IMG/VR virus record: IMGVR_UViG_3300030095_000481
Location: 1-35,371 of that record
Length of the DNA: 35,371 bases
DNA from: a virus
Lineage: Duplodnaviria; Caudoviricetes
Strand: one strand, 5' to 3'
Part shown: positions 18,390 to 26,568 of the stretch, piece by piece
Numbering within the stretch: position 1 is the first letter of the stretch
Layout: the number at the start of each line of letters is the position of its first letter
Made by a program: the position numbers and the translations under genes
Notes under the pieces: generated by a model
What the model was told of the DNA's origin: nothing
The model's database searches: none
The model's input: only the letters and a program-made list of their open reading frames with translations

Positions 18390-18438
18390 GATCTTTGCAA
18401 TACAACTATTTCTCGAACTCCATCACGTGTGCGAGACA

Positions 18439-18834
18439 TTATTTGTCCGCATCTACTACCTGTAAATCAGGCTGCTTCCACTCGATCGTTACCTTCGTGT
18501 CTTGAATAACTTCTTGCTTATCGCCATACAAGTTAGGCAGTAGCTTGCTGCTGAGCCACCTGTAATGATGGAGCTTTTCACGAACAACCATAATACTTTT
18601 GTTGTCTGCTGTCTCAAGCTCTTCAATCATTTTATCAAGATACGTCTGGCATCCAATCCTACGAGCCATAAGTAATTGCTTTGCAAAATCTTTATGCTTG
18701 GCAATCCATTTATAAACTGTCGATAGACTTGGCTGATCTTTGTCTTTGCAGATCCTTGTCAACGGTGTGCCTTCCATAAGTCTTTGGCAAATGTTGTTTG
18801 AAATCAAAGTCGTTAATTGTAATTCTCTTGTCAC
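18439..18834 (-). CDS. terS: Terminase small subunit (Sf6 gp1-like HTH)
   Basis: ICQRLMEGTPLTRICKDKDQPSLSTVYKW and RWLSSKLLPNLYGDK motifs. Confidence 0.85.
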   Translation of the reverse strand: MTRELQLTTLISNNICQRLMEGTPLTRICKDKDQPSLSTVYKWIAKHKDFAKQLLMARRIGCQTYLDKMIEELETADNKSIMVVREKLHHYRWLSSKLLPNLYGDKQEVIQDTKVTIEWKQPDLQVVDADK

Positions 18835-19021
18835 GATACTGTTTTAAATTTTGTAAACTTTTTAGTTTTCCTTCTTTTGTTTTTGGTCCAGTAGATAAAC
18901 CAGCGTGATTTGGACATCTATACTTCTTTGAAGTTTTGCAAAAGAAACCTTTACGCTTGCAGCGTACTGTGTATTGACTTGTTCTTGTAAAACTTTCGCA
19001 ACGGTCTGGTTTGAATTTCAT
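18710..19021 (-). CDS. HGGxSTG-domain protein
   Basis: Cys-rich region with RCPNHAGLSTGPKTKEGK; the C-terminus overlaps terS. Confidence 0.75.
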   Translation of the reverse strand: MKFKPDRCESFTRTSQYTVRCKRKGFFCKTSKKYRCPNHAGLSTGPKTKEGKLKSLQNLKQYRDKRITINDFDFKQHLPKTYGRHTVDKDLQRQRSAKSIDSL

Positions 19022-19101
19022 AACTGGCAAGAGCTGTTTGAAACAAAAAAAAAGAGTAAAAAAAAATAAAAGTTTTTTGGCAATACGCTTACAACAGTTA
19101 A

Positions 19102-19177
19102 ATTATACTGCTGATTTCCAATCTGTATATATCTTTTTATCCTATACTCTTTTGTGAAAAATAATTATTTGAGGATA
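19102..19177 (-). promoter_or_regulatory. Putative late promoter region
   Basis: Perfect TATAAT at 19107-19102 with no consensus -35; the upstream TATCCTCA motif is shared with 5082-5102; heads the packaging/structural operon. Confidence 0.55.
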
Positions 19178-19180
19178 TAA

Positions 19181-19642
19181 TTAATAACTAAACAATTTGT
19201 CGAGATTGTCAAAACTTTTTTTTAATTTATTTGATAAGTTATCTAAGACTATCTCATATCTATTTTTTATTGTTGTACGGTGATAACCAAACATTTTACC
19301 AAGACTGGTCCACTTCATTCTGTTTGCTCTTAACCATAAAAGTTTACGATCTAATATCGGATTGTCTGATATATCTTTATCAACAAGTATTAATATATCT
19401 ATGGCAAAGTTATACCTTGTCATCTGCTTAGGAGTAGCTCTCATTACAAGTTTAGGTCTTGCGTGATAACCCCAGTCCTTTGGATTGTAATGCGTCTCTA
19501 AGAGCTTGTACATCGATGGACAGCGCTTGTTGTTAGGCTTTGATACAAATCTCTCTGCATAGGCAGCATCATCAAGGATCTCTTTAAGATGACCAATCAG
19601 CTTTACTTGTTCTTCAACTATTACTTCTAATCTTCTTTGCAT
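19181..19642 (-). CDS. Putative late transcription activator (sigma-region-4-like HTH, DUF6362-like)
   Basis: C-terminal DRKLLWLRANRMKWTSLGKMFGYHRTTIKNRY HTH; lies directly upstream of the late promoter. Confidence 0.65.
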   Translation of the reverse strand: MQRRLEVIVEEQVKLIGHLKEILDDAAYAERFVSKPNNKRCPSMYKLLETHYNPKDWGYHARPKLVMRATPKQMTRYNFAIDILILVDKDISDNPILDRKLLWLRANRMKWTSLGKMFGYHRTTIKNRYEIVLDNLSNKLKKSFDNLDKLFSY

Positions 19643-20129
19643 TTCTTAACATCCAAGGATATTGCAGATCTGTAGATTTTATGTCAGCAAACTCTTTAGC
19701 TGGCAGAGCTACCAGTTTATCCAACAGCTCCCACTGATCTAGTTTATCAAATTTATATTTCTTTTGGCTTGCAACATTCTGTATGCAACCACGTAAAGCC
19801 TTCCAGCCTTTTGATGAATTAAACTTTGCGAAACCGATTTGTTTTACAAACTCTCTGTGTCTTGGCATATCGAATGTAAGATAATGATCCTTCTGTCTAA
19901 CTGTAATTAACGGCAATCCTTCGACACGAATACGGCTAAGTCTAGCAAGAGATAATTGTACTTGCTCTGTTGAGATCTGAAACTGACCAGCAATATCAAC
20001 AACTCTTACGAAACTGTTTAAAGTTTTCACGTTAAACTGCTTGCAGCAATGCTGATAAATTCTAAAATCTTCGTCTAATAATTTTAGTTCATTTAGAACT
20101 TTTGGATCAGATAGATAGAAACTTGACAT
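19614..20129 (-). CDS. Putative winged-helix DNA-binding protein (candidate replication initiator)
   Basis: DEDFRIYQHCC...VVDIAGQFQISTEQVQLSLARL HTH-like pattern; occupies the O/P-like position. Confidence 0.45.
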   Translation of the reverse strand: MSSFYLSDPKVLNELKLLDEDFRIYQHCCKQFNVKTLNSFVRVVDIAGQFQISTEQVQLSLARLSRIRVEGLPLITVRQKDHYLTFDMPRHREFVKQIGFAKFNSSKGWKALRGCIQNVASQKKYKFDKLDQWELLDKLVALPAKEFADIKSTDLQYPWMLRNAKKIRSNS

Positions 20130-20613
20130 AATTTTGTTGGCGCAGAAACTGGTTTCCGCATTTGTTTTTGGTTATTTTTCTAATTAGATAATCTTTGTTT
20201 TCGCAGTTAGGTCCGTGAGATACTAAGGACATATGCTCTAAAAATAGCAGCATATCTGCAGGTGTAAGGTTACGCCATTTCTTATCACAATGAGGATAGA
20301 TCCTGGTTATATCGAACCTGATTATTGGTCTAATTCCACGGCTAGCCTGGCTCTCGTCTACGGTGTAAAAAAACTCATAATATGGAATGTCACAATTTAC
20401 GGCAAAAAACTTGTAAGGTCTTTGATGCCAAGAGCTTTTGCCTCTAAAAGTGAAGTCTTTGTTGTATATAGTATCCGCTAAAAATAATGGCTTGGCACAA
20501 CTTGGGCAAATTCCGCATACGTCCAAATCTGTCATATTTATCCCATCGTGCTGAGCTCTATGCCAATGGCTAAAAGGACTATCGATTGTAGAAAATATCT
20601 TATTTCTAGGCAT
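20107..20613 (-). CDS. Hypothetical protein, possible PD-(D/E)XK-like fold with CxxC
   Basis: FSHWHR...MTDLDVCGICPSCAKPLFLADT; first gene of the leftward operon. Confidence 0.5.
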   Translation of the reverse strand: MPRNKIFSTIDSPFSHWHRAQHDGINMTDLDVCGICPSCAKPLFLADTIYNKDFTFRGKSSWHQRPYKFFAVNCDIPYYEFFYTVDESQASRGIRPIIRFDITRIYPHCDKKWRNLTPADMLLFLEHMSLVSHGPNCENKDYLIRKITKNKCGNQFLRQQNYVKFLSI

Positions 20614-20619
20614 TAAAAT

Positions 20620-20702
20620 TCCATACTATTTGAGGCTTATAAGTCAAGGCGTAATACAATATGTATTATATATCTTGCAAAAATCTAGGAATATCGTATA
20701 AA
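20620..20702. promoter_or_regulatory. Divergent promoter pair (genetic switch region)
   Basis: Leftward TTGACT(20647-20642)-16-TATGGA; rightward TTGCAA(20675-20680)-16-TATAAA(20697-20702). Confidence 0.6.
20652..20668. promoter_or_regulatory. 17-bp palindromic operator TAATACA-N3-TGTATTA, copy 1
   Basis: Perfect 7-bp inverted repeat; identical half-sites at 22470-22486. Confidence 0.8.
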
Positions 20703-20708
20703 TTCGCA

Positions 20709-22031
20709 ATGTCAAAAATCAATAAAGATTTTGAAAAGGATCTACAAGAGCTTGAAAAAAAGGTTAAAGATTACAGCCAACAAGCTGATAAAAAAATAGA
20801 TGAATTTCAATATGGTGACTGGACATCAGTTGCAGAGTTAGAAGATTTTGAGATCAGTTTTAGATCAGGCAGCTTACTTAGTGGATCTACAGCTCAAGTT
20901 ACATTTTTCTATAAATTACCTAAAGGCAAAAAAGATCACGAAAGAAAAAAATTAGTTATCTTTGGTGATGCAGATGCAGTTCAAGATAGATCTATGATGG
21001 TAATTAAAAGAAAGAAAAATTATCAAGCTGGAAATGATATGCAGAATAAATTTAAACACGCTTGGACTAAAGCTGTTGAGCAAGGTTTTGCTGGATATGC
21101 AAGGCAACCAAATCCATTTAATTTAAGACAACCTTCTATGTTGTTAGACAGATCTATTAATAGAACTGGTTTAGATAAAAAAACATTTGCAGAAAAATCA
21201 GGAAAAAAATCAGCATCACTTTATCATCACACTAGAGGAACAAGAGATATTTCAAGAGAAGCTGCAATTGAATATGCAGAGTTACTTAATATAGATCCAG
21301 TGGATTTATTATTTAATAAAATTACAATTCCTATATGGGCTAAAGTTAATACTTTAAAATATGTTGAAACAGACGACAGTCATCAGCCGTGCAAGCTTTA
21401 TTCTTATTACGCTAAACATCCTAAGATGGTTATTGTGCCAAGAGATATTTATAGATCTAATTTAAAATCAGTGCAGATAGAAGCTGATGGATCTATGTAT
21501 GATGGTCAAGTTGCTTTTTATTACTACAGTCATTCAGTAAAGTTTGAAGCAGCTAATAAACTTTGTGTTGTTGGAATAAAAGAAAAAGGTTTTATGGATA
21601 TTGAAGAAACTAATTATTATTTTGGATTAGTAGAACAAATCAGAGGTAAAACAAATTTAATAAATCCTGATCCATATTGTGATGAAGAAGATAAAATTAT
21701 TAAAAAAAATATAGATCCTTATTTTACAGCTCCAGTAATAGCAATGGTTAATCCAGATCAAATCAGAGATAGAACAGCATCACAATCACATATACCTGCA
21801 CACTATCTAAGATCTGAAGAAAAATTAAAACAAGAGATTGCATACTTACAAGCAGACTTACACAGACAAAAAGAAAAATCTAAAAGATATTCTGACGTAG
21901 AAAAAGAAGTACAAAGAACTATGAACAGACTGATGCAGCAGCAACAGCAATTAGATAGGATGTTGAGAGAAAAAGAAAAAGAAGAACTGTTTGAAGTTCC
22001 AACATTTTTAACAAAGAAAAAAAGAGCGTGA
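20709..22031 (+). CDS. CI-like repressor: central XRE HTH, S24-like domain, extra N-terminal and coiled-coil domains
   Basis: GLDKKTFAEKSGKKSASLYHHTRGTRDISREAAIEYAELLNIDPVDLLF HTH, then IPIWAKV and IEADGSMYDG. Start moved to the ATG at 20709 because the ATG at 20661 lies inside the operator. Confidence 0.7.
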   Translation: MSKINKDFEKDLQELEKKVKDYSQQADKKIDEFQYGDWTSVAELEDFEISFRSGSLLSGSTAQVTFFYKLPKGKKDHERKKLVIFGDADAVQDRSMMVIKRKKNYQAGNDMQNKFKHAWTKAVEQGFAGYARQPNPFNLRQPSMLLDRSINRTGLDKKTFAEKSGKKSASLYHHTRGTRDISREAAIEYAELLNIDPVDLLFNKITIPIWAKVNTLKYVETDDSHQPCKLYSYYAKHPKMVIVPRDIYRSNLKSVQIEADGSMYDGQVAFYYYSHSVKFEAANKLCVVGIKEKGFMDIEETNYYFGLVEQIRGKTNLINPDPYCDEEDKIIKKNIDPYFTAPVIAMVNPDQIRDRTASQSHIPAHYLRSEEKLKQEIAYLQADLHRQKEKSKRYSDVEKEVQRTMNRLMQQQQQLDRMLREKEKEELFEVPTFLTKKKRA

Positions 22032-22204
22032 TGCCTGAGATTGAAAGAGCCAGAATACAACAGAGACTTGAGGAAGTTTTGGATATGCTTTGTAGAACTG
22101 CTAATAGAAATATTACTGTGTTTTTACCAAAAGAAAAAAATAAACGTATTCCATATTTAAAAGAAGAAATTAAAAAAACTTTAGAAAAACTACCAAACGA
22201 ATAA
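22031..22204 (+). CDS. Hypothetical protein (57 aa, not in the ORF track)
   Basis: MPEIERARIQQRLEEVLDML...; TGATG and TAATG overlaps with both neighbours. Confidence 0.7.
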   Translation: MPEIERARIQQRLEEVLDMLCRTANRNITVFLPKEKNKRIPYLKEEIKKTLEKLPNE

Positions 22205-22467
22205 TGCCGATAGATAAAGAAAAAAGATTAGTATCAAGATTTGAAGCATCTAAGTTAACTGGATTACCTCAAAGATTTTTAAAACACGCAGTGTCAGATA
22301 AATATAGATTTAAAAAACCACCACATAAAACAATAGGTAAGACAACTTTTTATGGTCCAGTAAATCAATTGCTTATGTGGTTTAGTTCAAACCTAAAAGC
22401 AGAGAACACTAAGACACAATCAGACAAATCGGACACAAAGAACAAATCATTAAAATCAGTCGGATAG
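22204..22467 (+). CDS. Excisionase/AlpA-like HTH protein
   Basis: LVSRFEASKLTGLPQRFL...PPHKTIGKTTFYG...LLMW winged-helix pattern. Confidence 0.6.
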   Translation: MPIDKEKRLVSRFEASKLTGLPQRFLKHAVSDKYRFKKPPHKTIGKTTFYGPVNQLLMWFSSNLKAENTKTQSDKSDTKNKSLKSVG

Positions 22468-22469
22468 TA

Positions 22470-22519
22470 TAATACAAACTGTATTATGTAGTTGCCATTT
22501 AAGATTAAGATACTATCTT
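22470..22519 (+). promoter_or_regulatory. Operator copy 2 plus promoter of the recombination operon
   Basis: TAATACA-AAC-TGTATTA (22470-22486), then TTGCCA(22492-22497)-16-TATCTT(22514-22519). Confidence 0.7.
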
Positions 22520-22527
22520 AGTCGTTA

Positions 22528-23535
22528 ATGGACAATAAAGTACCTACAGATAACGATCCTTTAAAAATGCAAGTTCTTCCAAAGAGCTATGTAACTTTAG
22601 GATTAACTCACCACTCACCTACTCAAGCTTCTCTACCAGATGGAGTTCATCTTTTTAAATACGGAGTATTAACGCAAGAGCAAAGAAGAATGCTGCCATC
22701 AAATCCTCAGATGAAAGCAGGTGTATTAGTAAATAACGTACTGCAGAAACATATGGCAGATACCATATGGAAGTTTGGTCCACAAAGAAAATTACAAAAA
22801 TCTACAAATGATTTAAAAGGCAAATCAGTATCATCAATACTGAAACTTGAGCTTGATGAATATAAAACTTTTCAGCCAGCTAATGAAAAGGAACAAGCTA
22901 AGTTTGAGAAGTACCAAGATGAAGTTGCTGATGTTGTCAATAACGCTTTCCAAAGCCTGGAAAAAATACGAAGTGAGCATCTTTATCATACTACTTGCGA
23001 AGAGCAGATCTCATTGACACAGGATAAAACAGAATTGTTATGTCCTATTGTTGGAAGAACAGATTTTACTTTTCAAAAAGATGGTTATCCTTTGCCATCA
23101 AGAATAGTAGAATTGAAAACTTCTTGGAGTAAGCTCGGCAGGTTAAAGAAAGATGGTACACGTAGTTTTATTGTTTCGACTGCACCATCAGCTCCTTCGT
23201 ATAATCATCTACAGCAGTGTGCTTTCTATGCAGCTCATTACAATTTTGAAGTGCCAGTTTCCTTAGTTTATGTCACTGCAAAAGGTTGCAACGTATTTGA
23301 TGAGAGCAACTGCTTAGATCTTACAAAAGAATATTTATACAAACACTTCTTAAATATGAGGAACGTATTTAGAAGAAGAGAAAAAATTTATGGCTTGTTC
23401 GAAAACTTACCAAAAGACCAAATGGTTAAAGAGATTGCTGGATTGGTAGATCCAAACTGGGATCATCCTTGGTGTTGGCACGGTATGCCTGATGAGTTTT
23501 TAAGACAAGCAAAAGAATTGTGGAAAGTAAATTAA
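22528..23535 (+). CDS. PD-(D/E)XK exonuclease (RecE/Cas4-like recombination nuclease)
   Basis: HHSPTQ, CEEQI, IVGRTDF, IVELKT and HLQQCAFY motifs. Confidence 0.8.
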   Translation: MDNKVPTDNDPLKMQVLPKSYVTLGLTHHSPTQASLPDGVHLFKYGVLTQEQRRMLPSNPQMKAGVLVNNVLQKHMADTIWKFGPQRKLQKSTNDLKGKSVSSILKLELDEYKTFQPANEKEQAKFEKYQDEVADVVNNAFQSLEKIRSEHLYHTTCEEQISLTQDKTELLCPIVGRTDFTFQKDGYPLPSRIVELKTSWSKLGRLKKDGTRSFIVSTAPSAPSYNHLQQCAFYAAHYNFEVPVSLVYVTAKGCNVFDESNCLDLTKEYLYKHFLNMRNVFRRREKIYGLFENLPKDQMVKEIAGLVDPNWDHPWCWHGMPDEFLRQAKELWKVN

Positions 23536-23547
23536 CCTGGAGGTCAT

Positions 23548-24144
23548 ATGACAAAGAAAAACACAATTATACCTGATGACCTGATACAGACGATTGAAGA
23601 TTTTAAAAGTAATCTCAGCGGTCAAACGATCAGCATACACGGTAAAGACTATGCAACAGTTGCGCATAGACTTGCTATTGCAAGAAGAAATCTTGGTAGC
23701 AGAATGAAGATTGAAACAGAGGTAGTATCTATCGATAAAGATGCTGTGGTCTGTAAAGCAGCTGTATCTATTGGTGACAAAGTTGTTGCCACTGGTTTAG
23801 CAGAAGAGAAAAGAACTGCTTCAAGAATTAATCAAACATCAGCTTTAGAAAACTGCGAGACAAGTGCAGTTGGAAGAGCTTTAGCTTTCTGCGGTATCAT
23901 CAATGATGGTATTGCGTCAGCAGAAGAAGTTGCAGCTGCAATAGAGCAGCAAGATAAAAAAATCCAAGGTGCACTGAAAACATTAAATGCGATCAGTCAC
24001 GCTGGTAATTTCCAAAAATGGATCTCAGATAATAAAACATTCCTAGCGGATCTGAAGGCGAAGAACCCAGTCAGCTACGATAGTTTCTTAGTGAAGTTCA
24101 CAGAAATTAAAAATCAACTTAAATCCAACGGAGTAAAAATATAA
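23548..24144 (+). CDS. Single-strand annealing protein, Rad52/Sak-like
   Basis: IHGKDYATVAHR, ATGLAEE and ALENCETSAVGRALAFCG motifs; GGAGG RBS; follows the exonuclease. Confidence 0.75.
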   Translation: MTKKNTIIPDDLIQTIEDFKSNLSGQTISIHGKDYATVAHRLAIARRNLGSRMKIETEVVSIDKDAVVCKAAVSIGDKVVATGLAEEKRTASRINQTSALENCETSAVGRALAFCGIINDGIASAEEVAAAIEQQDKKIQGALKTLNAISHAGNFQKWISDNKTFLADLKAKNPVSYDSFLVKFTEIKNQLKSNGVKI

Positions 24145-24145
24145 T

Positions 24146-24415
24146 ATGGATCAAGATAAGAAAAAAGAAAGACCACAGTTAGGTCTTGCAATACCAGTTA
24201 CCAATAAGAATAAACCGTCTAGTTACGATCTTAAAGGTAACATAATGATTGACGGCAGATCATATCGATTTGGCGCATACAAAGCTCAAGCTAAAGGAAA
24301 TGGAAAACTAGCAGCAGGTGCTGACTATTACTATTTCCACAGAGTAGAACCAATGGAGGCAGCCAGTGGTGGATCAACATCATCTGACTTTAATCCTGCG
24401 GAGTTGGAGCAGTAA
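24146..24415 (+). CDS. Putative single-stranded DNA-binding protein
   Basis: YDLKGNIMIDGRSYRFGAY core with an acidic/Phe tail; exonuclease-SSAP-SSB gene order. Confidence 0.6.
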   Translation: MDQDKKKERPQLGLAIPVTNKNKPSSYDLKGNIMIDGRSYRFGAYKAQAKGNGKLAAGADYYYFHRVEPMEAASGGSTSSDFNPAELEQ

Positions 24416-24589
24416 ATGGATGCGGATAAATTCAAATCAGTTGCGATTAACATCAAAACTTACAAGCTTCTACAAGAGCTTGCACAAAAGAAGTTTGAGT
24501 TACCGATAAGTATGTCAAAGACGATGGAATTTTTTATACAAAAAGGTCATCAGGAGTTCAAAACAGATGCAGATAAAAAAGCTAAGTAA
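24416..24589 (+). CDS. Ribbon-helix-helix-like protein (57 aa, not in the ORF track)
   Basis: MDADKFKSVAINIKTYKLLQELAQKKFELPISMSKTMEFFI; GGAG RBS. Confidence 0.7.
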   Translation: MDADKFKSVAINIKTYKLLQELAQKKFELPISMSKTMEFFIQKGHQEFKTDADKKAK

Positions 24590-24884
24590 AGAGCTCCAGG
24601 CATTACGAGATAAAAAGACCGAAGAGTATGGTCCATTTAATAAGAAGATGCAAAATATTGCAGACATATGGACCGTACTTGTAGGTAAAAAAATTAGACC
24701 GCATCAGGTGGCTTTGATGTACGCAGCAGCAAAAATTGTTAGAGCGAACAACGAATATAAATACGACAGCTACATTGATGCAATTAACTATTTAGTACAA
24801 GCAGATGAAATTCACAGACAAGATGTCAGCTCGCTGGTCGATAGCTACTTTCCAACAACAACAAAGGAAGATGTCTCTATATGA
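24567..24884 (+). CDS. DUF6378-like / nucleotide-modification-associated protein
   Basis: RDKKTEEYGP, NIADIW, QVALMYAAAKIVR and DSYIDAINY motifs. Confidence 0.75.
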   Translation: MQIKKLSKELQALRDKKTEEYGPFNKKMQNIADIWTVLVGKKIRPHQVALMYAAAKIVRANNEYKYDSYIDAINYLVQADEIHRQDVSSLVDSYFPTTTKEDVSI

Positions 24885-25008
24885 ATTTAAATTGCATATG
24901 GAGTTTTGTGGTTATGAAACCTACGGCAGACAAGTAAGAAAATTTTATAAGATATATGAAGAGAAAATATCACAACAACATTTACGAGTTTCCAAACTCA
25001 GAGAATAG
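24805..25008 (+). CDS. Hypothetical protein (start may be 24871)
   Basis: Bridges the gap between neighbouring genes in a dense operon. Confidence 0.45.
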   Translation: MKFTDKMSARWSIATFQQQQRKMSLYEFKLHMEFCGYETYGRQVRKFYKIYEEKISQQHLRVSKLRE

Positions 25009-25231
25009 AGAACTAATGGATCAAAAGAAACGCCTAGCAAAGATCATAACTAAGATTGAATTTAAGATGCAGCAACCTTACTTCGATGTGCTTAGCTTTG
25101 ATGATGAGGAGCTGCAGGCGATGGCAAATTTTGGCGAAACAATAAAGTTCGCAAAAGATAATACAGCGTCACGTGCATTATCTGTACTAGCAAGTGACAT
25201 ATTAAAAAAACAGAATGAGGAATATTACTAA
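24956..25231 (+). CDS. Hypothetical protein
   Basis: 91 aa with NNIYEFP motif; TAATG coupling to the next gene. Confidence 0.7.
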   Translation: MKRKYHNNIYEFPNSENRELMDQKKRLAKIITKIEFKMQQPYFDVLSFDDEELQAMANFGETIKFAKDNTASRALSVLASDILKKQNEEYY

Positions 25232-25506
25232 TGAGAAAACGAAAGCATATGTTCTCAGTCGAAGAAAATAAGTTTGAAGAGAAAAATACTGGTGACTTTA
25301 TGGATCTAGGATCTAACTTGCATATCAAACTATTTCTTGGAACTGCGAAGTATTTCAGAAAAATGGATAAGTTCTACCACGAAATACCAGTAGCTTGTTT
25401 TGAAGCAACAATAAAAAATTCAAGAACTTTAGACACAAATAAAATCAAAATTAATTTGGAGGTATTTAATGCACGCAATAAAAGAGCGGACAGAAGAGCA
25501 TCATAA
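25231..25506 (+). CDS. Hypothetical protein
   Basis: 91 aa, GAGG RBS, translational coupling. Confidence 0.7.
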   Translation: MRKRKHMFSVEENKFEEKNTGDFMDLGSNLHIKLFLGTAKYFRKMDKFYHEIPVACFEATIKNSRTLDTNKIKINLEVFNARNKRADRRAS

Positions 25507-25846
25507 TATAAATAAAGTTGTAGGAACTAATTTAAGATTTATTAGAAACTGCAAAAGAATAACACTGATGGGATTGGCAGAAGTAATGCAAATTCGATTT
25601 CAGCAAATTCAAAAATACGAAAAAGGTATTAACGGAATGAGCGCTTATAGGTTATGGCAAGCAAGTAACATTCTTGGTGTTCCAGTTAGATACTTCTTCG
25701 ATAAAGATTATATCGGTAAGATGTCAGGCTACCACGGTATGCTTGTCAGAAAATCTACACCAATGCCTAAAGAGCATATGGATATTGATAAGCTTCGGAA
25801 GGATGCAGCTGAAATGATAGACGCAGCTGTAGTTCAAGGTAGGTAG
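25469..25846 (+). CDS. XRE-family HTH regulator (alphaproteobacterial type)
   Basis: VGTNLRFIR...FQQIQKYEKGINGMSAYRL...LGVPVRYFF; GGAGG RBS. Confidence 0.9.
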   Translation: MHAIKERTEEHHNINKVVGTNLRFIRNCKRITLMGLAEVMQIRFQQIQKYEKGINGMSAYRLWQASNILGVPVRYFFDKDYIGKMSGYHGMLVRKSTPMPKEHMDIDKLRKDAAEMIDAAVVQGR

Positions 25847-25848
25847 AT

Positions 25849-26013
25849 GTGGCTAAAATTAAAAAAGAAACTACTGCACGTGTGGACTGCATTATCACAG
25901 AAGTTTTCAAAGACGAAGAAGCAGCAAGTGCAGGTACTGAAGCTGAAACCACAGAAGTTAAAGTCATTGAGATTAAAAACGATCATACGAATTGGAAAAA
26001 AATAGATGCCTGA
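25849..26013 (+). CDS. Hypothetical protein (54 aa, GTG start, not in the ORF track)
   Basis: MAKIKKETTARVDCIITEVFKDEEAASAG...; fills the operon gap. Confidence 0.6.
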   Translation: MAKIKKETTARVDCIITEVFKDEEAASAGTEAETTEVKVIEIKNDHTNWKKIDA

Positions 26014-26281
26014 TGTACCTATAAATTTACCATACGATAGCAAGCTAGCAAGGATGCGTAAAAGATTGCAAGGTTTGCAGCGTGTAGCAGCAGCTATTAA
26101 TGATCTATATATTTATGGTGTTTATCCTTCTAACTATCCCAATCTATCTACGGTATTAGAACAGGCTAAGGACCATACCAAAGCAATCATTAAAGAAACT
26201 AAAAAAGAAATAGCAGCATTTGATGATCCAATGGATCAATACGATTTAAAAGATAATGAAAAAATTGAGGAGGTTAAATAA
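26006..26281 (+). CDS. Hypothetical protein
   Basis: 91 aa helical ORF within the operon. Confidence 0.7.
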   Translation: MPDVPINLPYDSKLARMRKRLQGLQRVAAAINDLYIYGVYPSNYPNLSTVLEQAKDHTKAIIKETKKEIAAFDDPMDQYDLKDNEKIEEVK

Positions 26282-26557
26282 ATGGACGAAGGCTGGATTG
26301 AAAAAATTATAAAAAAAAATATGCCAACAGAAGAAAGCTTAAAAGATATTAGCAAACAAATGCTAGCTCATAATTTAGGTATGAAAGAAGATGAGTTAAA
26401 AGTTATTACTGAAGAGAGAGATACTTTGGCAGAAGATAACAAAAAATTAGATAAAGATGTTTCTCTTTATAAAATAGAAGTTGAACAGTTAAAAAAAGAA
26501 GTGAATAGATTGTCTGAAGAGAGAGATAATTTTGAAACTTTATTAAAGAATAAATGA
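26282..26557 (+). CDS. Coiled-coil hypothetical protein
   Basis: GAGGAGG RBS; heptad-rich C-terminal half. Confidence 0.75.
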   Translation: MDEGWIEKIIKKNMPTEESLKDISKQMLAHNLGMKEDELKVITEERDTLAEDNKKLDKDVSLYKIEVEQLKKEVNRLSEERDNFETLLKNK

Positions 26558-26568
26558 AATTAAGAGTT

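Noticed and set aside
20661-20708. Repressor start at 20661
   Set aside because: This ATG is inside the operator and upstream of the predicted promoter; 20709 fits better.
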